A stretch of DNA of 64,000 nt, taken from positions 54,259 through 118,258 of the forward strand of contig CANQPD010000003.1 in assembly GCA_947625655.1 (NCBI GenBank). The letters run 5' to 3'. How positions within the stretch are numbered: the stretch's first letter is position 1; each line of letters begins with the position of its first letter. This document shows, piece by piece, positions 27,224 through 35,427 of this stretch. The notes beneath the pieces are model-generated. The model had not been told where the DNA came from, did no database searches, and worked only from the letters and a program-made list of their open reading frames with translations. This stretch comes from an uncultured Dysosmobacter sp. (GTDB lineage Bacteria > Bacillota > Clostridia > Oscillospirales > Oscillospiraceae). Position numbers and translations under genes: made by a program.

Positions 27224-27322
27224 TATACGCTCTCCTTTATAGAAACCCCATTAAAATCCATTGAATTAATTATTTTAGCGCAAAATCAATTATTTGTAAA
27301 CCGTTAGGAGGTGAATTAACGA

Positions 27323-27508
27323 TTGAGTATCCGTAAGTTCCGAGAGCGAAAAGGTTGGCGTCAGGAAGATTTAGCAAAGAAAATCGGCGTCGACCAAGGG
27401 GCTGTCAGCAAATGGGAATGTGGCGTTACAACGCCTTATGAAAAACATGCAAAAAAGATGGCGAGAATGTTCGGTTGCACCGTGGACGAGCTTCTGAAGG
27501 AAGAATGA
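27323..27508 (+). CDS. XRE family HTH protein (TTG start)
   Basis: IRKFRERKGWRQEDLAKKIGVDQGAVSKWECG...MARMFGCTVDELL. AGGAGGTG SD upstream. Confidence 0.7.
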   Translation: MSIRKFRERKGWRQEDLAKKIGVDQGAVSKWECGVTTPYEKHAKKMARMFGCTVDELLKEE

Positions 27509-27529
27509 AGCGAACTGTCAAGAGATATT

Positions 27530-27739
27530 TTGGGAGGTGAGCACATGGAAAAGAGACATATTGTCGGCGCTGGGAAAGGAGCCATTTTAGATGTAGATGG
27601 AGGACAGGTATTTGCAGCATGGTGGGTGATGGAACAGATGGCGGCGCAAACGGCAAGTATTGACCGGGCGAATCGGATTGCTGCCATTGCTTTGGTGGTT
27701 TCTGTTTTCTCAGTCATTCTATCAGCAATACTTTTATAA
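27530..27739 (+). CDS. hypothetical small tail-anchored membrane protein
   Basis: 69 aa with C-terminal IAAIALVVSVFSVILSAILL. The start may be the internal ATG 27545. Confidence 0.35.
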   Translation: MGGEHMEKRHIVGAGKGAILDVDGGQVFAAWWVMEQMAAQTASIDRANRIAAIALVVSVFSVILSAILL

Positions 27740-27759
27740 TTTTTGAATTTGGTTTCGGC

Positions 27760-28161
27760 TTAGTTGGAGACGAAAAGAAATGATGAAATTTTTGAAGGAA
27801 TACTGGCCAGCCATTGTAGTATCTGTGGCAGCCTCGGCAGTATGTAATTGGTTATTACAGTGGTTACAAACGCTGTAATGATGGGTATCCATAGCATTTT
27901 CCGCAATTCAGAAGAGCAATAAATCAAATAATCTCTCCCACGGTCGGAAATAACGTAAGTTCCAGTATGTTCCCCCATATATCCCGGCTTGTGAATGATA
28001 ATTTCTTCTACCATATTAAATCGAATTAGGCGTGAATCGGGCGGAAGTGATCTGGCTTTATTCTTCATCCGTTTGAGGTTTAATCGCTCAAGAAAAGTAA
28101 GTCTAACACCCGAAAAATCCATTTCATCAACCCCTATTCTAAATTCAAATAAAGATACCAT
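27760..28161 (-). CDS. hypothetical protein with C-terminal TM segment
   Basis: 133 aa. LWIPIITAFVTTVITNYIL lies near the C-terminus. No recognisable domain. Confidence 0.45.
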   Translation of the reverse strand: MVSLFEFRIGVDEMDFSGVRLTFLERLNLKRMKNKARSLPPDSRLIRFNMVEEIIIHKPGYMGEHTGTYVISDRGRDYLIYCSSELRKMLWIPIITAFVTTVITNYILPRLPQILQWLASIPSKISSFLFVSN

Positions 28162-28217
28162 ATTCCTCCATAGCAGTCAAATAAAGCGAACCATTTTTAT
28201 TAAAAGGAGGTGACAAC

Positions 28218-28415
28218 TTGTTTTACGACACCCTGAAAGAGATTTGCGAAAAGAAGCACACCAGCCCCTCCGCCGTATGCGTGGCGCTCGGTATGAGCAA
28301 GTCCAACGTCACAGAGTGGGTGCGTGGCAGAAACCCGAATATGGATACCGTCCTTAAGATTGCAAAGCATCTTTCGATCAATCCGGCAAAGCTGTTCCCG
28401 AAGGAGGACAAATAA
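28218..28415 (+). CDS. XRE family HTH protein
   Basis: MFYDTLKEICEKKHTSPSAVCVALGMSKSNVTEWVRGRNPNMDTVLKIAKHLSINPAKLF. AAAGGAGG SD upstream. Confidence 0.7.
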   Translation: MFYDTLKEICEKKHTSPSAVCVALGMSKSNVTEWVRGRNPNMDTVLKIAKHLSINPAKLFPKEDK

Positions 28416-28580
28416 ATGGTTGAGACGTTAACCGCCCAGGAAGCAACAGAACGGCTTCGGGCCGAGGGAATCCGCATGTCTCGTGACACACTGATGGATG
28501 GCCTGCGGCAGGGGAAATTTCCCTTTGGCGATTGCATTGATCGCAGCGGAGATAAAGCCCCCTGGTGCTATCGTCTATGA
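28416..28580 (+). CDS. excisionase-like small HTH protein, possibly frameshifted in a C5 run
   Basis: MVETLTAQEATERLRAEGIRMSRDTLMDGLRQGKFPFG.... The ATG abuts the upstream stop, with an AAGGAGGA SD. See the finding on the C-run at 28558-28562. Confidence 0.45.
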   Translation: MVETLTAQEATERLRAEGIRMSRDTLMDGLRQGKFPFGDCIDRSGDKAPWCYRL

Positions 28581-28738
28581 TGCTTTTGTCCTGGACAACA
28601 AGGTCAAGGCGATCTACTACCAGGCCCAGCCTACCAGCACCGACGCCGACGAGGACGCTGACAAGGAGACTACCTGACACCAATAGGGGCGTGTGGGCAA
28701 CAGCTCATGCGCCCCGACGCTTATTATAAGGAGACGAT

Positions 28739-29002
28739 ATGAAGCAAGTTGACCGCCTCTTGATCGAGGCGAAGAAAATTGCGGGCTATACCGGGCCGCA
28801 GCTCACCCTTGCTATGATCGAGCAAGACGGCATTTCCTGGACCGCTAAGGCCCATCTGTGGGACCGGATACCCGGCCACCCGGCTACGGTGGAGACCACC
28901 ACCCACGCCACGCAGGACGCCGCTGTGGAGCATATCCGCGCTTTGGCGGAGAAGTACCCCAACAGCCGGGATGTGACGATCATCGTGGACGACGTGGGGT
29001 GA
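28739..29002 (+). CDS. hypothetical protein
   Basis: 87-aa ORF with host-like GC and an AAGGAGA SD. No recognised domain. Confidence 0.45.
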   Translation: MKQVDRLLIEAKKIAGYTGPQLTLAMIEQDGISWTAKAHLWDRIPGHPATVETTTHATQDAAVEHIRALAEKYPNSRDVTIIVDDVG

Positions 29003-29006
29003 TGAT

Positions 29007-29228
29007 ATGGCGGCACGAAAGCGGCTGAAGCTATCTACCTCCAGAGAAGTCCGGCGGGCTGTGAACAGGATCGCAAATATGCTGTTGAATGGCGAGATCG
29101 ATGCCAAGACCGCCAACGCCATTCTATACGGCTGCAATGTCACGCTGGGCGCTATTCGAATTGACGAACAACAGACCAAACTGGACGAGTTGGAGAAGAT
29201 CGTGGAAGAACTGAAAACGGCGCAGTAA
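29007..29228 (+). CDS. hypothetical helical protein
   Basis: 73-aa ORF starting 4 nt after the previous stop. No recognised domain. Confidence 0.45.
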   Translation: MAARKRLKLSTSREVRRAVNRIANMLLNGEIDAKTANAILYGCNVTLGAIRIDEQQTKLDELEKIVEELKTAQ

Positions 29229-29777
29229 GAGGACTGACCCTGCGACAGCGCTGGTGACAGTTTATAGAGTGGTGAGAAGGGCGCCCTGAAACGGAACGCC
29301 CCTTGCAACTCTGGCTGAATTGTGGTATATAATAAACAAAAGCCGGTCGCTGTCCACAACCCCTTCTTTGAAGGGCGAGATGGTGTGTCGGCTTTTTTCT
29401 TGGTCGTTGTTTGGTCGTTATTTTTGTGAAAAGCGGTGTGCGGGGATAGCCGCCGATGAAAGATGAAACGCCGCAAATGCAGTTATATCAATGGATACGC
29501 CGATTTGTGAAACGACATGAAAAACGAAACTTTCTTTTCGAGTCCTGTATCGTCCACCAGCTAAATCCCTTAGAGCCGCAAGGCTTTAAGGGATTTTTCT
29601 TTTGCTTTTTTCGGGGTTTTCCTTGTTTTTTCCCTTATTGCCCTGGAAAAGCCAACCCAGATCATGGTTAAAGCCGCAGTTGGCGGGCAAAACGCGCCAA
29701 AGCGGCGGGGCCCAATACGGTGATCCCGATTTGCGGCTTCCGGAATCAGGCTGATCTCCGGCCCGGGGGGGCGCCGC

Positions 29778-29806
29778 GCATAGTTTTTCCGGCGGCGGAA
29801 ACACTA
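29778..29806 (+). promoter_or_regulatory. candidate forespore (sigma-F/G type) promoter of spoVAC
   Basis: GCATA, 14 nt, GGAAACACTA, 30 nt before the ATG. Resembles the B. subtilis sigma-F/G consensus recalled from memory. Spacing is one shorter than I recall. Confidence 0.35.
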
Positions 29807-29835
29807 GGAAAAACTTCCGGGAGGAGCGGATACGC

Positions 29836-30279
29836 ATGGATATGTCACCTAAGGAATACCAGAACTATGTACAGCAGCACGCGAAAAAATCCCCCATCGT
29901 CAAGGATACGGCCCTGGCCTTTCTCATCGGCGGGCTGATCTGCGTGGTGGGGCAGGCAGTCCAGAACGGCTGGGCCGCCGCGGGGCTGAATCAGGAGGAC
30001 GCGGGCACCGCCACCTCCTGCACCCTGGTGTTCCTGTCAGCGCTGCTGACGGGGCTGAACCTGTACAATAAGATCGCCCGGTTCGGCGGCGCGGGGACGC
30101 TGGTGCCCATCACCGGCTTTGCCAACGCCGTGGTGTCCCCCGCCATCGACTTCAAAAGCGAGGGCATCATCACCGGCATGGCAGCCAAGATGTTCCTGGT
30201 GGCGGGGCCGGTCATCGTGTTCGGCACCCTGGCCAGCGTGGTTTACGGCATCATTCTCAAGCTGTTCGGCCTGGCGTGA
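29836..30279 (+). CDS. spoVAC: stage V sporulation protein AC
   Basis: 147 aa: MSPKEYQNYVQQHAKKSPIVKDTALAFLIGGLICVVGQ...FGGAGTLVPITGFANAVVSPAIDFKSEG. Confidence 0.9.
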   Translation: MDMSPKEYQNYVQQHAKKSPIVKDTALAFLIGGLICVVGQAVQNGWAAAGLNQEDAGTATSCTLVFLSALLTGLNLYNKIARFGGAGTLVPITGFANAVVSPAIDFKSEGIITGMAAKMFLVAGPVIVFGTLASVVYGIILKLFGLA

Positions 30280-30285
30280 ACGACA

Positions 30286-30315
30286 GGGGGACGCACTTGC
30301 GTCCCCCTGATTTTT
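30286..30315 (+). terminator. terminator after spoVAC (shared with the convergent gene)
   Basis: GGGGGACGC-ACTT-GCGTCCCCC followed by TGATTTTTA. Confidence 0.7.
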
Positions 30316-30985
30316 ATACCAGGGGAAACCAGCTGATGCCCAGGTTGGAAAATCGCAGATCGCTCACAACAGGGATGCTCACGGTCCTGTTTCCACCGGA
30401 GACAGAGACCGTCACGGAATAGACATCCGACTGGTCCAGCGCCACCGTTCCGGAGCAGAGACCGTCGACGCAGGGTACTTCCGCCGTGGCGGAGCCTCCC
30501 TCCTGATCGGTAAATATGACCCGATAGGTATAATGTTCCGATGCAACACTGGGCGTGAAATAAAAGCCCAGTTTGCTGCCGCCCATGCTTGAAAAACCAT
30601 AACCAAAAACGGTCAGATCCTCCGCCGGGACAATGCTGCGCCGGCTCCCATTCCACCACATGCCGCCCGCCGCCATGCACACCGCCAGCAGGACGCACAG
30701 CGCCAGCCAGGCCCGGCGGGCCTTTCCCCCACGCGCGGCCCTGAGCACAGCTGGCGGGTCTGCGGTATCCGCCGCCGCGGGAGCCGGAGGCTCCCGGCCG
30801 CACAGCGTGTCCAGGGACATGTCCAGCGCGTCCGCCAGGGCCACCAGCTTTTGAAGATCCGGCGCGGCGTCTCCCGTCTCCCACTTGCTGACCGCCTGAC
30901 GGGACACCCCGACCCTGGCAGCCAGGTCCTCCTGGCTCCAGCCCCGGGCCTTTCGCGCCCGGGGCAGCTCCTCTCGAAATTCCAT
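30314..30985 (-). CDS. membrane-anchored XRE-HTH regulator with extracytoplasmic C-terminal domain
   Basis: MEFREELPRARKARGWSQEDLAARVGVSRQAVSKWETG..., TM segment AWLALCVLLAVCMAAGGMWW, then a ~110-aa beta-rich tail. GAGGTGG SD before ATG 30985. Confidence 0.75.
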   Translation of the reverse strand: MEFREELPRARKARGWSQEDLAARVGVSRQAVSKWETGDAAPDLQKLVALADALDMSLDTLCGREPPAPAAADTADPPAVLRAARGGKARRAWLALCVLLAVCMAAGGMWWNGSRRSIVPAEDLTVFGYGFSSMGGSKLGFYFTPSVASEHYTYRVIFTDQEGGSATAEVPCVDGLCSGTVALDQSDVYSVTVSVSGGNRTVSIPVVSDLRFSNLGISWFPLV

Positions 30986-31386
30986 AGGACCACCTCTTTT
31001 CTGCCTCCATGATATCAGTTCGGCCGGTTGCGCGCAACCGGCCGGGGCTGGAATTTCCGCAACCAGCCGTTGCGGCGGCCGCCGTGCCGGCCATCCCGGA
31101 GGGGGCGGCGGAAAATGGGGCACTTTTTCAAAATTACAGGGTTGACATAACGGCGTGGAAAACTCTGTGGAAAATGTGAAAAACCCTTTGCTCCAAGCTG
31201 TTTGAACAGGTGGCTTTTTGGTTATGGAAAACATTACGCAACAACATTTCTCCGAAAAAGCGGCTTTTGCAGCGGGAAAAGGCGGGAAAACCGGGCCCTC
31301 CTCTGGGAACGCTTGAACTTGCGGATTTCTTGTGATACAATACTAAATGCTGATTTTCAGGCAGATTCTGCCTTTTCGGAGGATAT

Positions 31387-33381
31387 ATGGCAACGAAAAA
31401 ACAAGATTACGGCAACGAGAGCATCTCGTCCCTGAAGGGCGCGGACCGGGTCCGCAAACGGCCCGGGGTCATCTTCGGCTCCGACGGCCTGGACGGCTGT
31501 GAGCACGCGGTGTTCGAGATCCTCTCCAACTCCATTGACGAGGCCCGGGAGGGCCACGGCAAGGTCATCACCGTCACCCGGTTTGCCGACCGCTCCATCC
31601 AGGTGGAGGACATGGGCCGGGGCTGCCCCGTGGACTGGAACGAGAAGGAGCAGCGCTACAACTGGGAGCTGGTGTACTGCGAGCTGTACGCCGGCGGCAA
31701 GTACGACAACCTCTCCGGCGACAACTATGAGTACTCCCTGGGCCTCAACGGCCTGGGCGCCTGCGCCACCCAGTACGCCTCCCGGTACATGGACGTCACC
31801 GTCTGGCGGGACGGACAGGAGTACGCCCTCCACTTTGAGCGGGGCGAGATCGTGGGGGAGCTGCAAAAGGCCCCCCTGCCCAAAAACCAGGCCCGAAAGA
31901 CCGGCACCCGCACCCGGTGGCTGCCGGATCTGGACGTGTTCACCGACATCGCCATCCCGGCGGAGTATTTCGCCGACGTGATGAAACGCCAGGCGGTGGT
32001 GAACGCGGGCATCACCTTCCGCCTCCGCGACGAGGTGGAGCCCGGGAAGTTTGAGGAGACGGAATTCCTGTACGAAAACGGCATCGCCGACTATGTGGCC
32101 GAGCTGGCCGGCGAGGGCAGCCTGACCTCCCCCGTCTTCTGGCAGGCGGAGAAGAAGGGCCGGGACCGGGCGGACAAGCCGGAGTACAAGGTGAAGCTCA
32201 GTGTGGCCTGCTGCTTTTCCAACAAGGTCAACGTCATCGAGCACTACCACAACTCCAGCTGGCTGGAGCACGGCGGCAGCCCGGAGAAGGCCACGAAATC
32301 CGCCTTTGTCTCCGCCATCGACAAATATCTGCGGGAGCAGGGGAAGTACCAGAAAAACGAGAGCAAGATCACCTGGGCGGACATTGAGGACTGCATCGTG
32401 CTGGTCTCCAACAACTTCTCCACCCAGACCAGCTATGAGAATCAGACGAAGAAGGCCATCACCAACAAGTTCGTCCAGGAGGCCATGGCGGAATTCCTGC
32501 GCTCCAACCTGGAGGTCTACTTCATTGAGAACCACTTCGACGCGGAGAAGATCGCCGAGCAGGTGCTCATCAACAAACGATCCCGGGAATCCGCCGAAAA
32601 GGCCCGGCTGAACATCAAGAAGAAGCTCTCCGGCAATATCGACATTGCCAACCGGGTCCAGAAGTTTGTGGACTGCCGGACGAAGGACGTCTCCCGCCGG
32701 GAGATCTACATCGTGGAGGGCGACTCCGCCCTGGGCAGCGTCAAGCTGGCCCGGGACTCCGAGTACCAGGGCATCATGCCCGTCCGGGGCAAGATTTTGA
32801 ACTGCCTGAAAGCGGACTACGCCCGGATCTTCAAAAGCGAGATCATCACGGACCTCATCAAGGTCCTGGGCTGCGGCGTGGAGGTGCAGAACAAGCACGT
32901 CAAGGACATGGCGGCCTTCGACCTGGGGAACCTCCGGTGGAACAAGGTGGTCATCTGCACCGACGGCGACGTGGACGGCTTCCAGATCCGGACGCTGATT
33001 TTGACCATGCTGTACCGGCTGACGCCGACCTTGATCCGCGAAGGGTACGTCTATATCGCGGAGACGCCGCTCTTTGAGATCAACTGCGGGGAGAAGACCT
33101 GGTTCGCCTATTCCGACAAGGAAAAGAACGACATCCTCAAGGACCTGGAGGGCAAAAAGGTCAAGGTGGACCGCTCCAAGGGCCTGGGTGAAAACGACCC
33201 GGACATGATGTGGCTGACCACCATGAACCCCGAGACCCGGCGGCTGATCCGGGTGATGCCCGAGGACGTGGAGCGCACGGCGGAGATCTTCGACCTGCTG
33301 CTGGGCGACAACCTGCAGGGGCGGAAGGACCATATCGCGGAGAACGGGTATAAGTATCTGGAGATGGCGGATATTTCGTAG
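31387..33381 (+). CDS. parE: type IIA topoisomerase subunit B (topoisomerase IV ParE-like)
   Basis: 664 aa: VRKRPGVIFGS, GHKL ATPase motifs, Toprim EIYIVEGDSALGS, ...ICTDGDVDGFQIRTL. Confidence 0.85.
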   Translation: MATKKQDYGNESISSLKGADRVRKRPGVIFGSDGLDGCEHAVFEILSNSIDEAREGHGKVITVTRFADRSIQVEDMGRGCPVDWNEKEQRYNWELVYCELYAGGKYDNLSGDNYEYSLGLNGLGACATQYASRYMDVTVWRDGQEYALHFERGEIVGELQKAPLPKNQARKTGTRTRWLPDLDVFTDIAIPAEYFADVMKRQAVVNAGITFRLRDEVEPGKFEETEFLYENGIADYVAELAGEGSLTSPVFWQAEKKGRDRADKPEYKVKLSVACCFSNKVNVIEHYHNSSWLEHGGSPEKATKSAFVSAIDKYLREQGKYQKNESKITWADIEDCIVLVSNNFSTQTSYENQTKKAITNKFVQEAMAEFLRSNLEVYFIENHFDAEKIAEQVLINKRSRESAEKARLNIKKKLSGNIDIANRVQKFVDCRTKDVSRREIYIVEGDSALGSVKLARDSEYQGIMPVRGKILNCLKADYARIFKSEIITDLIKVLGCGVEVQNKHVKDMAAFDLGNLRWNKVVICTDGDVDGFQIRTLILTMLYRLTPTLIREGYVYIAETPLFEINCGEKTWFAYSDKEKNDILKDLEGKKVKVDRSKGLGENDPDMMWLTTMNPETRRLIRVMPEDVERTAEIFDLLLGDNLQGRKDHIAENGYKYLEMADIS

Positions 33382-33556
33382 GACTTACAACATCCCACCG
33401 GCCTGATGCGATATGGTCCTGCGACCGAGCGCAGCGAGGGAAGCCGCGCGAAAGCGCGTTATCAAATCAGCCGCTCGACTGTTTTGCGGAGCAAAACCGG
33501 CGAGCCATATCGCGGAGAACGGGTATAAGTATCTGGAGATGGCGGACATCTCGTAA
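33330..33556. repeat. 123-bp insert (33382-33504) flanked by a 52-bp direct duplication of the parE 3' end (33330-33381, 33505-33556; 3 mismatches)
   Basis: CCATATCGCGGAGAACGGGTATAAGTATCTGGAGATGGCGGA(T/C)AT(T/C)TCGTA(G/A). Both copies encode HIAENGYKYLEMADIS-stop. Confidence 0.85.
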
Positions 33557-33597
33557 TTCCGGCGCCTGCGGGCGTAAGAAATAAGGAGGACACCGCA

Positions 33598-35376
33598 ATG
33601 AAACGACTGGCTTCCCTGGCGCTTTCCCTGATGATGCTCCTGACGTTGACAGTCCCCATCGCCCATGCGGCGGAGGCGTCGCCCACACCGCCGTCGTGGG
33701 TCAAGGAGACGGAATACGTGCTTTTTGACGGCGACCCGGTCTACCAGGCGGAAAAGTGGCAGCAGATCCAGGCATTCCGCGCGGACGCGGCGGCAGGGCA
33801 TCCGGAGCCGCAGAGCGGAGAGGCCCTGGCGTCCCAATGGTCGGTTTGGACGGAGCCGGGAGCCAGCGGCATGAGATCCAGAAAAGATTTTTCCGTGGGC
33901 GAGTGGTTTGAGCGGGGGCTGGCGGCGATGCAGTATGCCGCGAATTCCGACACAGGCCGTAAGGCTTCAACGGCCGACACCTGCTTTACCCAGGCCTGCT
34001 CCGCCATGAAAACAGCGGGGGCGGATATCACGGACCCGGACTATCAGACCGTATTGATCTGGCGCATCCGGGCGGCGCTTCTCCGCTGGGCGCCCACGGG
34101 ATCTGAAAAGCCCTACACGTCCTATCTGAGCGCTGTCAATTCCTTTATTGAATTGCGGAGGATCCGTTCCATCAAGCTCGCGGAGGTGCTGGACAGCCCT
34201 GTTATGGATGCTCTGTCCGAGACTGCCCGGAATCGGATCACCAAGGATATCAATGAGATCTCCGCCCGGGTGAATATCAGCATCGACGGCACGCAATTAC
34301 GGGTGGACTACGTGATCGCGGACGGCCGGGAGGCCTCCCGGGATGTGGACCCGGTCATTGTCAACGGCCGCACCATGGTCCCCATCCGCATGATCGCGGA
34401 GGCTTTGGGCGCGGATGTGGAATGGGTCTCTTCCTTCCAGGGCGCCCGCCTGACGCGGGCGGGAGTGCAGATCGACCTGCCCATCGGGAAAACCACCGGC
34501 TATAAAAATGGAGAGCCTTTTCAAATGGAAGTGGCCCCCTATGTAAAGGATGGCAGGACCATGGTGCCTGCCCGCTATGTGGCGGAGTTCTTCGGGCAGC
34601 ATGTGGAATTCAACAGCGAGACACGCACTGTGGAGATCACGGAGGAGGAGACCGCTGTCGGCGGCAGCAACCTGGGAGACTGGATCCTGCCCATGGGAGC
34701 TATGCTGAACAAGCTCAACGGCCAGAGGAACCCCACCATTCTGGGCGGCTGTTCCAGAGCGGGCTGGAGCCAGCAGAACGCCAAGGACTATGCAAGGGGC
34801 ATCCTCAACGGTGACAGTTGGAATATCCAAAGCCGGGAGGATCTGATCGAGACCGTGTGCCGCATGACGTTTTACGGCCATAATGTCAGCTTCCTGTATG
34901 ACGTGGCCCTTATCAACAGCATGTCCGCGGCGGAGTACCAGCAACTGCTGAAAAACGCCCAGGGCATGGACGCCTATATGTTCCCCTATACGAAACAGCT
35001 CGGCGCCAAGTGGGGCGACCGGGGCATCCTCTGCTGGGATCTGTTCCGCATGAGCAATCTGGTCCAGTGGGGCTATCTGGCGGGCTACCTCACATATCCC
35101 GAGGCTCTGGCTCTGCTGGAGCCGGCGGCCACTCTGCTCCATGACAACTTCAAGAGCTGGGACGAGGCCTATGAAAACTATCTGGACGGCTATAACTGGT
35201 GGGCCAGAAACAACGTGCTGAACAAGGATGTATGGACGACCACCCGCGGAACAATCTATCAAAGCATGAAGGCGGATGAGAGCGTGGCGCCGATCTTTGA
35301 CAACAGCCTGTTCAAGACCGCTGTCAAGGGCGTTCCCGGTGTGACCGCGGAGCAGCTTCTATCCTCTATTCAGTAG
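33598..35376 (+). CDS. secreted protein with copper-amine-oxidase-N-terminal-like (stalk) domain and DUF1266-like C-terminal domain
   Basis: Signal peptide MKRLASLALSLMMLLTLTVPIAHA. ...VNGRTMVPIRMIAEALGADVEW...DGRTMVPARYVAEFFG repeats. C-terminal W/Y-rich region ...CWDLFRMSNLVQWGYLAGYL. Domain names are from memory. Confidence 0.7.
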   Translation: MKRLASLALSLMMLLTLTVPIAHAAEASPTPPSWVKETEYVLFDGDPVYQAEKWQQIQAFRADAAAGHPEPQSGEALASQWSVWTEPGASGMRSRKDFSVGEWFERGLAAMQYAANSDTGRKASTADTCFTQACSAMKTAGADITDPDYQTVLIWRIRAALLRWAPTGSEKPYTSYLSAVNSFIELRRIRSIKLAEVLDSPVMDALSETARNRITKDINEISARVNISIDGTQLRVDYVIADGREASRDVDPVIVNGRTMVPIRMIAEALGADVEWVSSFQGARLTRAGVQIDLPIGKTTGYKNGEPFQMEVAPYVKDGRTMVPARYVAEFFGQHVEFNSETRTVEITEEETAVGGSNLGDWILPMGAMLNKLNGQRNPTILGGCSRAGWSQQNAKDYARGILNGDSWNIQSREDLIETVCRMTFYGHNVSFLYDVALINSMSAAEYQQLLKNAQGMDAYMFPYTKQLGAKWGDRGILCWDLFRMSNLVQWGYLAGYLTYPEALALLEPAATLLHDNFKSWDEAYENYLDGYNWWARNNVLNKDVWTTTRGTIYQSMKADESVAPIFDNSLFKTAVKGVPGVTAEQLLSSIQ

Positions 35377-35427
35377 CTTCCCCGCCGCGGCACGCGGCAA
35401 CTTTAAGCAAAGGAACAACGAAACGAC

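Larger units (their letters stand above)
23010..29561. mobile_element. ~6.5 kb integrative island at the tRNA-Val 3' end, bounded by a perfect 25-bp direct repeat (attL 23010-23034, attR 29537-29561)
   Basis: TTCGAGTCCTGTATCGTCCACCAGC occurs twice. A tyrosine integrase gene is adjacent to attL. The interior 24.3-28.4 kb is visibly AT-richer than the flanks. attR is followed by the displaced terminator AAATCCCTTA...TAAGGGATTTTT. Confidence 0.85.

Noticed and set aside
29541-29563. Similarity of attR to the tRNA-Thr 3' end (CGTCCACCAGCT), suggesting a second att target
   Set aside because: Only about 12 nt are shared. That is explained by the generic acceptor/T-arm similarity of tRNA-Thr and tRNA-Val.
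31140-31190. DnaA-box-like cluster as a replication origin
   Set aside because: There are only three imperfect boxes, no AT-rich unwinding element was identified, and no dnaA/dnaN/recF neighbourhood. The adjacent genes are ParE/ParC-type rather than GyrB/GyrA.
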